From positions 32,001 to 96,000 of IMG/VR virus record IMGVR_UViG_3300024331_000007: DNA of 64,000 nucleotides. One strand, 5' to 3'. The position numbers and the translations under genes were made by a program. The stretch comes from a virus. Lineage: Duplodnaviria > Caudoviricetes. Numbering within the stretch: the first letter of the stretch is position 1; each line of letters opens with the position of its first letter. This document shows positions 14,415 through 23,362 of this stretch, in pieces. The notes beneath the pieces were generated by a model. That model saw only the letters and a list, made by a program, of their open reading frames with translations, did not search any database and was not told the origin of the DNA.

Positions 14415-15673
14415 TGCTTTGTAATTTCTGCTTTCTCAGGTAGGAAGACTTCCAGATGATCTGATGAGTATGTTGGGAATCCTTGTTCTGCTGGATTCGC
14501 TTTTACACCAAAGGCTTTATAAGAATCAAATGCTACCATGCTTTTATTCGCTGCTTTGGCCCACGCTTTCAAGTCCGTCCATAGATACCAACCGCTACCA
14601 AGATCATTTTCACCTTCATGTGGAGAAATGTGGCTGTAGATCGGCCCGTCCCACCAAAATGTTTTTGGTCGCATCTTGTCCTTCAATTTTTCCGATGCTT
14701 TTTCACGCAAATCCCAAAGATGTTGATATGCTTCTCTGAAATCTTCGTCTTTGTCTCTGCCTTCTGCTTGTGCTTTATCATATGTGGCTCGTATTGCATC
14801 ACTTCTTAAGTCAGCAGGTAGCAATGGTTCAATCTTATGATGCGCAAAGAACATATCGAACGCTGGATATGGAAATGCCCACATGCCGCGATTTACAGGA
14901 GGCTTTCGAATGATTATGTTTTGCTTTTGAGCATTAATAGGGCCGATGCGCTGCATAAGTAATGCCCCTTTCTTGAATCGGAAGTCTGTTTTCTTTGTGA
15001 ACTTGTTAGTTGATTCCTTCATATTATTTTTTGGTCTTAAATCTAACCAATATTGACCACCTCTATATTTGACTGGGTATCTCTGGCTTAATCTATCCCA
15101 CGCTTTTTCAGCATCAGGCGATACTCTGTGCCTAAAATCAGATGTTAAATATTTTCGGTTTCGTTTACGGGCCTCGGTAATTGCCCTCTCATATAGTAAT
15201 TGTCCAAGTCCAGTTCCTCGCCACGCATCATCAATATGAATACGTCGGATTTGTAAACTGTCCCATTTATCAACGTTATCAGGGTTTGTATCTCCAGTAG
15301 ATGAAAAGGTAGAGGCGTCTAACCAACCGGGTGATTTATTTGGATCAAATCTGTCCGTCTGATCGAAGTAGGTCATTATTTCTAAGCTAAAGTCTCCGCT
15401 TCTGACCTTCCAACTGAGTTTGGAAAGTTCCTCTTCGCGATTATTGTATCTTGAGTAATTAAAATCTGGAGATTCAGTTATCTTTCCATTTGAACGCAGA
15501 AAAGGCGGGCGTCCACCCTTGCCAAGTTTGAAGTTGAATTTTGCAGCGTGTTTTACGTCTTCACCGGGATGTATATCACAGGTAATAGCCATCATGAAGC
15601 GAGGATCGTGTGCCTCTTCTTCCGTTTGGGGGATGTAACCTCCCCCTTCCGTAATAAATTCAGATGCTCTCAT
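14399..15673 (-). CDS. Multi-domain late protein with central GNAT acetyltransferase-like domain
   Basis: N-terminal MRASEFITE; IHIDDAWRGTGLGQLLYERAI...SPDAEKAW. Confidence 0.7.
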   Translation of the reverse strand: MRASEFITEGGGYIPQTEEEAHDPRFMMAITCDIHPGEDVKHAAKFNFKLGKGGRPPFLRSNGKITESPDFNYSRYNNREEELSKLSWKVRSGDFSLEIMTYFDQTDRFDPNKSPGWLDASTFSSTGDTNPDNVDKWDSLQIRRIHIDDAWRGTGLGQLLYERAITEARKRNRKYLTSDFRHRVSPDAEKAWDRLSQRYPVKYRGGQYWLDLRPKNNMKESTNKFTKKTDFRFKKGALLMQRIGPINAQKQNIIIRKPPVNRGMWAFPYPAFDMFFAHHKIEPLLPADLRSDAIRATYDKAQAEGRDKDEDFREAYQHLWDLREKASEKLKDKMRPKTFWWDGPIYSHISPHEGENDLGSGWYLWTDLKAWAKAANKSMVAFDSYKAFGVKANPAEQGFPTYSSDHLEVFLPEKAEITKQKKGR

Positions 15674-15939
15674 TAGAATGGCATATCTTCGTTGTCGGGA
15701 ATTTTGTTTGGCTCAGGTTTGTGAAGCCAGTAATCACGCACGAGGGTATTGAACTCAGCAAACGACATGTTGCCAGAATGTATCCAGCCCCAAATAAGTT
15801 TCATGGCTTCAGTGTTGCCCATGCCCTTGATTTTATTGAAGCGGCGTTCATAGTCTGGATCGCCAACAAACGGTCTTGCCTTATCAACACCATATGCTTC
15901 GTTGATACCGCTCAGTTTCTTTAATTCATCTAGGTTCAT
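15673..15939 (-). CDS. Hypothetical late protein
   Basis: MNLDELKKLSGINE...; TAATG overlap with the next gene. Confidence 0.7.
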   Translation of the reverse strand: MNLDELKKLSGINEAYGVDKARPFVGDPDYERRFNKIKGMGNTEAMKLIWGWIHSGNMSFAEFNTLVRDYWLHKPEPNKIPDNEDMPF

Positions 15940-15949
15940 AGTAAATTCC

Positions 15950-16744
15950 TTATGCGCGATGGAAATCTTTTTTGGCGGCAACGTCATCAATTTGTCCATT
16001 TAGTTTGAAATTGATGTAGCTGTCTGTTATGAAATGATCAACAGCGGCCTTAATCTGTTGTTGATCGAATTGAGGTACGATTCTATCCTTATAGATGCCC
16101 ATTGCAATGACATCGCGCAAAGCATTGCCAATTCGGTTGTCAAATTCAACCACACCATGCTGTTTGCCATATTTCTTTGCATATCTGTCCAGAACGGCAT
16201 CAGTGTAGCTGGTGAGAGTTTGCTTTGGGGTTTCCTCTTGCTTCTTTGAAAACCACGCTTCGTTTATTGTCACTTCATTAATCTTCATAAGTTCTTGAAC
16301 CTCATTCTCATTTAGTCGTCTAGTTAGGCTTCTTGCTATTTCCGAAGTAAACGGATACGTCTTGATAATTTGTGCTGGCGAAACAGGCTGATCCATCTTT
16401 AACCACATACCCTTTCTACCAAACTGAGTAAGTGGATCGTTGTTGTCCTGTTCCCATTTCTGATTACTTCTAAAAAATTCAACTACGGATATTTTACCGC
16501 TTCCCATCTCACTATTGAAGCCCCAGTCCATTCTTGCCGCGCCACGTAAGGCATCTAATTCATGATCGTAACAATAAATTTCACCAGAACCATACCGTTT
16601 CTTGCTTCCCGATTGAACCCAATTCGTTGTATTCATCAATGTGATTCCCTTCTTTTTAATTGAAGGAATCTTTGATGTATGGGTTACGTGATACAGAACA
16701 TCAGTTGGTTTTGCATCCTCACAAATAATCTCGCGTAGTCTCAT
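15950..16744 (-). CDS. ADP-ribosyltransferase-fold (Tpt1/DarT-like) domain protein
   Basis: MRLREIICE start; LYHVTHTSKIPSIKKKGI, GEIYC, VSPAQI. Confidence 0.55.
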   Translation of the reverse strand: MRLREIICEDAKPTDVLYHVTHTSKIPSIKKKGITLMNTTNWVQSGSKKRYGSGEIYCYDHELDALRGAARMDWGFNSEMGSGKISVVEFFRSNQKWEQDNNDPLTQFGRKGMWLKMDQPVSPAQIIKTYPFTSEIARSLTRRLNENEVQELMKINEVTINEAWFSKKQEETPKQTLTSYTDAVLDRYAKKYGKQHGVVEFDNRIGNALRDVIAMGIYKDRIVPQFDQQQIKAAVDHFITDSYINFKLNGQIDDVAAKKDFHRA

Positions 16745-16820
16745 GCCAGCTTCCTTAACCAATGAATGCACTGTTTCAGAAAAACCATAGCTAAAAGTAA
16801 TAGCTTTGTCATATTAAGCC

Positions 16821-18077
16821 TTAGTGGAACATCAAATACGTTCCGATAACGGATGGGTCTGTCGCACTGATATCGCCTTCACCGGGGAATACTGTTACAT
16901 TCCAACGTGGTTTGTCGCCTAGTGTCTTTGCCATCTTTTTCTGCATAAATTCATCGTATGAAATGATAGAATCCATTGGAATTGCAAAATGCTTCGCAAG
17001 ACGCTCCTTCAAAATGTCAAAGGAATGTGCATCTTTAACTTGTGTAGCTCCCGAAGGACTCTTAACTAGCTTTCCGCCCTGCTTAAGAACCAAATCATCA
17101 AACATGGACTTTGGAACAACTTGGATGTGCTTACGGGCTTCTGGTCCCTTAATATTAACCAGCCTGCTCTGTGTTGACAATGCGCCAGCACTGAAGTTAA
17201 GAATGAAGTTTTCTGGCTTGTTTGGATCGTTGGCTACGCTGGCAACCTTTGTATAAGCGTAGAACAGATTGTCTGGAAATTCTCTTGCAACTGCCCATGC
17301 CATGTTCATATATTCAGGACTGAAAAAGTCTCCTGAATCGTGGAAACGAATGGCAACCTTGACATCGATTGGACCTTCTTCAGTCTTACCTGTCTTGCTT
17401 TTTGCTGAGAACTTATCCCAATATGCAATGGCCTTCGAAATTTCGTTGGATAATTCAGCCGCAAAACCCTGTGGATCGTTCAATAGATAATTCAAAGTTT
17501 GGGTCTGCTTCATGAAAACGTCTGGATATTGAATGTAACTGCCCTTCATAGCGTAACAGAATGTTTTGCAAGCGCCAGCACCGGGACAAGTATCAACAAT
17601 TACAAACTCGCCAGTTTGCTCATTCACAGCCAAACCTTTCAAAGCAGGTAGACCAACGTTGTAATATTGATCAGCGGTTCCGTTGCTGTGCTTCATTTTC
17701 TCGTTCTTCTTCAACAAGCTGCTTGGGCGCTTCATGATTTCTTTCTTGAGAGCTTCCAAGTCATAATCCTGACCATTTTGATTCTTAATCTTGATCTTCT
17801 TGTCATGGATGTATGGCATTGTATATGGATCAAGTTTGGTTTTGTTCTTGGTTCGAATGCGATTGAGATAATCCTGCATTTCTGGATCACTGGCAACTCT
17901 CGTTCTTGCACCAGAGGCAAAATCAGCTTCGTCGAGGATGCTTTCGTCCAGACCTTCGTCGCTAATTTCATCGGCTTCTTTGTTATCTTTTGGATAGCCT
18001 TTTTCGACAAAACGGTCAATATCAATAATAGTGAGGCCGTTCAGCTTGTTTTCAACGATAAACTCTTCAAAACGCAT
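16821..18077 (-). CDS. GP88-like (radical-SAM-like Cys motif) protein
   Basis: CPGAGACKTFCYAMKG, RFHDSGDFFS, FYAYTK; MRFEEFIVE start. Confidence 0.7.
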   Translation of the reverse strand: MRFEEFIVENKLNGLTIIDIDRFVEKGYPKDNKEADEISDEGLDESILDEADFASGARTRVASDPEMQDYLNRIRTKNKTKLDPYTMPYIHDKKIKIKNQNGQDYDLEALKKEIMKRPSSLLKKNEKMKHSNGTADQYYNVGLPALKGLAVNEQTGEFVIVDTCPGAGACKTFCYAMKGSYIQYPDVFMKQTQTLNYLLNDPQGFAAELSNEISKAIAYWDKFSAKSKTGKTEEGPIDVKVAIRFHDSGDFFSPEYMNMAWAVAREFPDNLFYAYTKVASVANDPNKPENFILNFSAGALSTQSRLVNIKGPEARKHIQVVPKSMFDDLVLKQGGKLVKSPSGATQVKDAHSFDILKERLAKHFAIPMDSIISYDEFMQKKMAKTLGDKPRWNVTVFPGEGDISATDPSVIGTYLMFH

Positions 18078-18106
18078 GGTTGTATCCTTAGTTTGAACTG
18101 TGCCAG

Positions 18107-18112
18107 TATTTA
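18107..18112 (-). promoter_or_regulatory. T4-like late promoter (TAAATA) for the 14.4-18.1 kb operon
   Basis: CATAAATA upstream of the operon; divergent TAAATA near 18141. Confidence 0.65.
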
Positions 18113-18165
18113 TGCAGTTACATAAAAGTAAGGCATTGTTATAAATACGGTATCGAGGAAATCAT

Positions 18166-18564
18166 ATGTATGCAATCTATCAACAAATTATACTAGCAAT
18201 TCTGGCACATTTGCAGGCAATTTGGGTTGCCACGAGTTTGTTTATATATGTTGCAGCCGCTAACATGCCAAAACCGGGTGTAAAATGGGACAAGTCGGCT
18301 ATGTATTCGTGGTTTTACGATACAATCCAGACCGTGCTTCCAATGAATCGAGGAAGTCACCAATTGATTCAAACACCTCAGTTGCTCGTTTCTTCCCAAT
18401 CGGATGGAGAGCAACCAAAAGCAGGAACGCCAAAGCAAATTATTAAAACGCCACAGATGACGGTTTCGTTGGAGGCAAATTCATCGGAGCCAGAAACATC
18501 TAAAAAAGAAGGATCGCCAACACAGGCCGATATTCCAATGCCACCTCGTTATGGGGTAAAATAA
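18166..18564 (+). CDS. Hypothetical protein with N-terminal hydrophobic segment
   Basis: 132 aa; late promoter plus GAGG RBS. Confidence 0.7.
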   Translation: MYAIYQQIILAILAHLQAIWVATSLFIYVAAANMPKPGVKWDKSAMYSWFYDTIQTVLPMNRGSHQLIQTPQLLVSSQSDGEQPKAGTPKQIIKTPQMTVSLEANSSEPETSKKEGSPTQADIPMPPRYGVK

Positions 18565-18578
18565 AGGCAAATATTCCA

Positions 18579-18649
18579 TAAATACAGAGTGCGATTCGCG
18601 GTGCTACAACACCCAATCGCCCTAACACTGATGTGGAGTGTCAGCTATG
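18579..18649 (+). promoter_or_regulatory. Conserved structured leader of homing endonuclease gene (copy A)
   Basis: TAAATA, two hairpins, RBS in the second; covaries with copies at 52.7 and 59.3 kb. Confidence 0.75.
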
Positions 18650-19294
18650 TCTATTTACATATCTAAGTTTTCTCACGACAAGAAGTTCTATGTCTATGAA
18701 TATCTGCGTCTTAATAAATCAATGCATGGTAATGTCGGAACTCCATACTATGTCGGAAAGGGCACAAGAAAGCGACTTTACGAAAAACACCAAAAAGGAA
18801 TTTCAGTTCCAAACGAAACCGAAAGAATACTAATCGTGGCAAATAATATGAATGAGGCAGATGCATTTCAACTTGAAATGTTGTTAATTTATTTGTATGG
18901 GAGAATTGATCTCGGAACTGGGTGTTTACGAAATAAAACTTTTGGTGGTGATGGCACTTTTGGTTTACTTGTAACACAAGAAGCAAAAAGAAAACAATCA
19001 TTAGCTAAATTGGGAACTAAACATTCCGAAGCAACTAAAAAGAAGATGGCAGATACGCGGAAAGGAGAAAAGAACACCTTTTTCGGTAAATCACATTCAG
19101 ATCAAAGTAAAAAGATGATTTCCAAAAATAATGGAAAAGGTCAAGCAAAAGTAACTCCAGATCAAGTAAGGGAAATACGTCGATTATATGCTGAAACAGA
19201 TATGACACAACGCCAAATCGGACAAATTTTTCACATTGCAGAATCAACCACCAATCAAATAATCGTCAAAAGATGGTGGAAAGACATAGATTAA
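18647..19294 (+). CDS. GIY-YIG homing endonuclease with NUMOD3 repeats and C-terminal HTH
   Basis: FYVYEY...PYYVGKG, YGRIDLGTGCLRNKTFGGDG, KHSEATKKKM. Confidence 0.88.
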   Translation: MSIYISKFSHDKKFYVYEYLRLNKSMHGNVGTPYYVGKGTRKRLYEKHQKGISVPNETERILIVANNMNEADAFQLEMLLIYLYGRIDLGTGCLRNKTFGGDGTFGLLVTQEAKRKQSLAKLGTKHSEATKKKMADTRKGEKNTFFGKSHSDQSKKMISKNNGKGQAKVTPDQVREIRRLYAETDMTQRQIGQIFHIAESTTNQIIVKRWWKDID

Positions 19295-19383
19295 GCGTTG
19301 CTTGCTAAATAATATTGTCCGTCAGACAGATGGATTTATGAATTTAGATTCGTAGTCGGTTAGAACCGACAGAGGTGATTATT

Positions 19384-20259
19384 TTGGGTAGACCGATAAA
19401 TGCACAAAGATTTCTTGGAGCAACTGCTCCTCATCAAATTCAGGCAACTGTTTGGGGTACTGCCGATTCTGGCTCAACGGCTGGTTATCTAGCACAACAA
19501 AATAGCCCTCGCCGTTTCCGCACAACCACAATCAATGGATCAAGCATTACAACTTTTGTTAACGGTCCCGGTAATCTTGTCGCTGGAACATCGTTTGTTA
19601 AGGTATTTCCACTTAGCGGTTCTGCTCCTACTGTCGATGCAACAGGTTCAGCAAAGCTAAAGGCTGTCAGTTTGGCAGTTGCTAATGGCGGTGCGAACTA
19701 TCAGGTTGGTGACACAGTTACCCTAGTCGGCGGAGCATTTACAGCAGCCGCTCACACAACAGTTGCAACTCTTGGCTCTGGTAACTCCATCGCGACCCTG
19801 AACGCAATTGCTGGTGGTACAGAAGGTTATACTGCGCTTCCAGCTAATGTTTTGGCAATCGCAACAAGCACAAACAGTGCAAATGGACACGGTGCAATTC
19901 TCAGCGCAAACTTCGGTGTTGAATCCGCATCAGTTCTAACAGGTGGTGCTGGTTATACAACTGCTCAGTTCCTTGTTAACGGTGCAACAACTGCTCCAAC
20001 ATTTACTCAGCCAACAGTTACAAACGGTGTTGTTGCCACAGGCGCAGTTACCGTTCTAACTCCGGGTGTTGTAAACGTCAATCCAACTGTTACAATCGAA
20101 GAAGCGACAGGTGCAACAGAATACGTTAGCACTCTTACATCCATGAATTATCTGAACACCTTCCAAGGTAATCAGTATCGTTGGTTGTACAGAGGTCAGG
20201 CCGTTCCTTCTGATTACGCTGCTCTTGGTGTTAAGTTGGCTTACCTAGATACATTGTAA
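19384..20259 (+). CDS. Probable virion structural protein
   Basis: TTG start (GRPIN) after GAGG; A/G/T/V-rich; late promoter before and strong terminator after. Confidence 0.65.
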   Translation: MGRPINAQRFLGATAPHQIQATVWGTADSGSTAGYLAQQNSPRRFRTTTINGSSITTFVNGPGNLVAGTSFVKVFPLSGSAPTVDATGSAKLKAVSLAVANGGANYQVGDTVTLVGGAFTAAAHTTVATLGSGNSIATLNAIAGGTEGYTALPANVLAIATSTNSANGHGAILSANFGVESASVLTGGAGYTTAQFLVNGATTAPTFTQPTVTNGVVATGAVTVLTPGVVNVNPTVTIEEATGATEYVSTLTSMNYLNTFQGNQYRWLYRGQAVPSDYAALGVKLAYLDTL

Positions 20260-20272
20260 TTTTGTCCTAAAC

Positions 20273-20306
20273 AAAAAGAGAGGCGAGATGATCGCCTCTC
20301 TTTTTT
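20273..20306 (+). terminator. Rho-independent terminator
   Basis: AAAAAGAGAGGCGA-GATGA-TCGCCTCTCTTTTT. Confidence 0.88.
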
Positions 20307-20344
20307 GTGACCAAATTTAATAAATAACTATGTGAGGTCACACC

Positions 20345-20674
20345 ATGCCATTGAAGACCAAAGATTTAACAGTTATCGATAAAAATAAAGTTGTGGAGCT
20401 AGAAACCACATCGAACACAGAACCCCAACATTGGAATAAACCTTTTTGGCGTGGAGTGGCATCTTCTGAATTTGGTGTCGGCAGTACATCCAGAATATCT
20501 ACATTGGCTATTATTGCAACTACCTTAGGGACCTTGATTTACCTAGTGTCAAAGAATGATAGAATACCAGATAATTTAATCCAATTGGGGTGGTTTTCAT
20601 CATTGCTAATTACTGCTGTGTATTCTCCAGCTAAACTTGCAGGGATATTCAAATCGTTTGCGTCTAGGAAATAA
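20345..20674 (+). CDS. Small 2-TM protein, holin candidate
   Basis: Two TM segments, basic C-terminus, late promoter. Confidence 0.45.
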   Translation: MPLKTKDLTVIDKNKVVELETTSNTEPQHWNKPFWRGVASSEFGVGSTSRISTLAIIATTLGTLIYLVSKNDRIPDNLIQLGWFSSLLITAVYSPAKLAGIFKSFASRK

Positions 20675-21080
20675 TCTCGCCAACAAGTTTGATCTTGTCC
20701 AGAATCACATCAATATTGATTGTGTTCCAAACACCGGGATGCAACGGTTTTGGATATTTGTCTAACTCTGCCCAAGCATATCCGCTATGTTCTGAGTTTA
20801 AGATAGGTATGAACTCATTTCGAATCACGAAAATGAAAGAATGGTATGTGAACTCTTCATCCATGCTGGTAAAGGTTTCCAGAGGAATATGTTTCAGGAT
20901 AGTCGGATATGATCCTAATTCTTCAGACAATTCTCTGTGAAGCCCAGTCATAGTGTTCTCGTCTGAATGCAGTTTTCCACCGGGCATCCCCCATGTTTCT
21001 TTTGTGCGTGTGTTATTACGCAATAGAAATAGGAATCGTCTGGTGGTTAAACTGTAGAATAGAACACCCGCTGCAATCAT
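20664..21080 (-). CDS. Nudix hydrolase
   Basis: WGMPGGKLHSDENTMTGLHRELSEELG; TAATG coupling. Confidence 0.88.
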   Translation of the reverse strand: MIAAGVLFYSLTTRRFLFLLRNNTRTKETWGMPGGKLHSDENTMTGLHRELSEELGSYPTILKHIPLETFTSMDEEFTYHSFIFVIRNEFIPILNSEHSGYAWAELDKYPKPLHPGVWNTINIDVILDKIKLVGEIIS

Positions 21081-21553
21081 TAGTATGCAATCTTCTTTTG
21101 CGATTTTGACCATTCCTGAAAACTGGCTCTCGCTTCTCGTCCAAGCAACTTAACAGTTGGTAACGTTCTTGCTTCTGGCTTCTTTCTGAACTCTTTGTAG
21201 ATGAACTCATCATCAAAACCAATTAACGCTGCTTCTGCCGCGCTACATCCATAGTAAATCTTATCCAATCTAGCCCAATAACAAGCAGCCAAACACATCG
21301 GGCACGGTTCACAGCTTGTATAAATCTCACAACCCTTCAGAGAAAAGTCACCAAGAATCTGGCAGGCCATACGGATAGCTACAATTTCTGCATGGGCAGT
21401 TGGATCAAATCTTGATGTGACTGAGTTTGATCCATAGGCAATGATTTCGCCGTCCTTCACAATAACTGCTCCGAAAGGACCACCTTGATTTGAAAGTACA
21501 TTGCGAGTAGCCAGAGCAATTGCTTTACGCATGTAGTCTGATTTGTTCTGCAT
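21080..21553 (-). CDS. Nucleoside/guanine deaminase (GuaD/TadA-like CDA fold)
   Basis: GGPFGAVIV, HAEIVAIR, SCEPCPMCLAACYWAR. Confidence 0.88.
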   Translation of the reverse strand: MQNKSDYMRKAIALATRNVLSNQGGPFGAVIVKDGEIIAYGSNSVTSRFDPTAHAEIVAIRMACQILGDFSLKGCEIYTSCEPCPMCLAACYWARLDKIYYGCSAAEAALIGFDDEFIYKEFRKKPEARTLPTVKLLGREARASFQEWSKSQKKIAY

Positions 21554-21554
21554 A

Positions 21555-22469
21555 TTACACCTCTGAGGTTATAAGATCAGGATGGTTTGGTTGAAAGTTT
21601 GTGACGTATTCTCCGTCAAGCATGTGACGATACGCCTTCCATCCAGTATACTTTCCATATCTCACGTTGTCACCTGTTGCCTGACATACATGCTCAAATG
21701 GTGAAGCATGTAGTGGAGTGTGATAACGAAGTCTATCATGTAACTTGATATCTTCACCAAAATCTCTGGTTCCTTCCTGCGTTAGATAGGAAGTTCTGGC
21801 ACAGCGACCAGTTGAAATTTGCACCATCGTATTATATAACAATGTTGGTGATGGTGCCCATCCATCTGCTTGTTCGCCCAGCCATCGTCCAATATCACCA
21901 AATTCCTCTTCGCGAATGTATGGAGTATGCCATTCTCCAATCTTGAGAGTTTTAGGTGTTGATGTGAAATATTCCTTCTGCGCCATGTATGCTTGCTTCT
22001 GAATATCTGGCTGTGCATCTGGATGGCAGCGCAGCGCAAAGTAGTTTGACCATGCGGCAGCATCGCCAGTTACACAAACAGTAATCCAAGACCAAGGCTC
22101 AATCAATCGGTTCACAATCTGCTTGTGAACGTTTAGATCGTCGGACGCTGCCATTTCAGAGGCAATACGAACGGCTTCGTCTCTGGCTTCCAACCACTTT
22201 GCAATGGCGTGTTCGCGCTTTTCACCTGTAAGTTCTTCGGCGGCTTGCATACCGGACTGATTAATACCCCAATGTTCAGGAATGAATGGGTCTTCCATTA
22301 CCTTCTGAACAGTTTTTTTGAATGGGATAGCGCGACTGCTGGATGCGTTACGAGCGAAAGCACAATGAGTCATCATCTCCGCATGGATGATACGCGGGTG
22401 GGTTACTTGAATAGTAGTTAACCGCTGCTCATTACAAATAGAATCAAGAATCATTTTTGCTTCATACAT
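21555..22469 (-). CDS. thyX: FAD-dependent thymidylate synthase (ThyX-like)
   Basis: HAEMMTH..ARNASSSRAIP, CARTSY, HASPFEH. Confidence 0.8.
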   Translation of the reverse strand: MYEAKMILDSICNEQRLTTIQVTHPRIIHAEMMTHCAFARNASSSRAIPFKKTVQKVMEDPFIPEHWGINQSGMQAAEELTGEKREHAIAKWLEARDEAVRIASEMAASDDLNVHKQIVNRLIEPWSWITVCVTGDAAAWSNYFALRCHPDAQPDIQKQAYMAQKEYFTSTPKTLKIGEWHTPYIREEEFGDIGRWLGEQADGWAPSPTLLYNTMVQISTGRCARTSYLTQEGTRDFGEDIKLHDRLRYHTPLHASPFEHVCQATGDNVRYGKYTGWKAYRHMLDGEYVTNFQPNHPDLITSEV

Positions 22470-22480
22470 AGTTATACCTT

Positions 22481-22669
22481 CTAATTCTTTATTTGTATCT
22501 CTAATTGTTTGGATGGGTCTAATTTATAGAATCCAGTTTTGGAGAAGTTTTCAATATCGGTAAATGTCTCATTACAACATTCACAGACCCATTTTCCAGT
22601 GTTAGTTTGGGAGAATAATAATTTGATGTATCTCCCTCGTTCTAAAGGAATGACCAAATATTTTTTCAT
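22481..22669 (-). CDS. Hypothetical small Zn-ribbon protein
   Basis: CECC; overlaps the deaminase stop. Confidence 0.45.
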   Translation of the reverse strand: MKKYLVIPLERGRYIKLLFSQTNTGKWVCECCNETFTDIENFSKTGFYKLDPSKQLEIQIKN

Positions 22670-23136
22670 TGTTCGTTCAAACCTCTCCATGTAACGCCAG
22701 CTTCAGTCAGCATCATTCGAGAAATCAAAATAGACTCTTCCCAACGTTTAACTCTCGGATCGTTTGGATCAGCTAGGTAACCAACGACTTCCTTGACTCC
22801 TCGATTAATTGCAAACTTGGCACACTCATTACAAATCGGCGGCAAAGAGAAGCTTGGATATACATAAAGAGTTGACCCTATAGAATAATCGCCTGCTTTA
22901 CTGATGGCGTTTACTTCGGCATGTGCAACTAGTTTATACTTCAACTCTCTATCGTTGTATCGTTCGGGATCATCGTCAACACCTTCTGGAAAACCGTTAT
23001 ATCCGATGAACTCCTTCTTAAAATCATAATTGACAAGAATTGCTCCAACCTGAGTGCTCGGGTCTTTGCTCCAACTTGTTGCTACATACTTTGCCAATTC
23101 TAGGTATCTTCGATCCCATCTTTCGTTACATTTCAT
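22666..23136 (-). CDS. dCMP deaminase
   Basis: WSKDPSTQVGA, GYNGFP, HAEVNAI, PPICNEC. Confidence 0.9.
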   Translation of the reverse strand: MKCNERWDRRYLELAKYVATSWSKDPSTQVGAILVNYDFKKEFIGYNGFPEGVDDDPERYNDRELKYKLVAHAEVNAISKAGDYSIGSTLYVYPSFSLPPICNECAKFAINRGVKEVVGYLADPNDPRVKRWEESILISRMMLTEAGVTWRGLNEQ

Positions 23137-23148
23137 TTAATTATTCCT

Positions 23149-23346
23149 TTAGGCGTCAGTGCCATCAACCCACCAACAAGCACCACAACTCATACATGTA
23201 TATTTGTAATCTGTGTATGCTCCGTCTGATGAATCCCATTCTTGATATTTGACTTGATCGCTTCCGCAAGAACGGCAGGGGTTTTCACTCATTCCGCTTG
23301 TTTCGAATGTGCCATCAACATCATGATACTGTTTGTTGGTTGTCAT
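23149..23346 (-). CDS. Zn-ribbon protein
   Basis: CRSC...CMSC. Confidence 0.65.
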   Translation of the reverse strand: MTTNKQYHDVDGTFETSGMSENPCRSCGSDQVKYQEWDSSDGAYTDYKYTCMSCGACWWVDGTDA

Positions 23347-23362
23347 AATATAATTGTTACCT

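Noticed and set aside
18620-18645. Twister-ribozyme resemblance (CUAACACU...GUGGAG) in the HEG leader
   Set aside because: P4 and both pseudoknots are missing, copy C does not fit, and GGAG is explained as the RBS.
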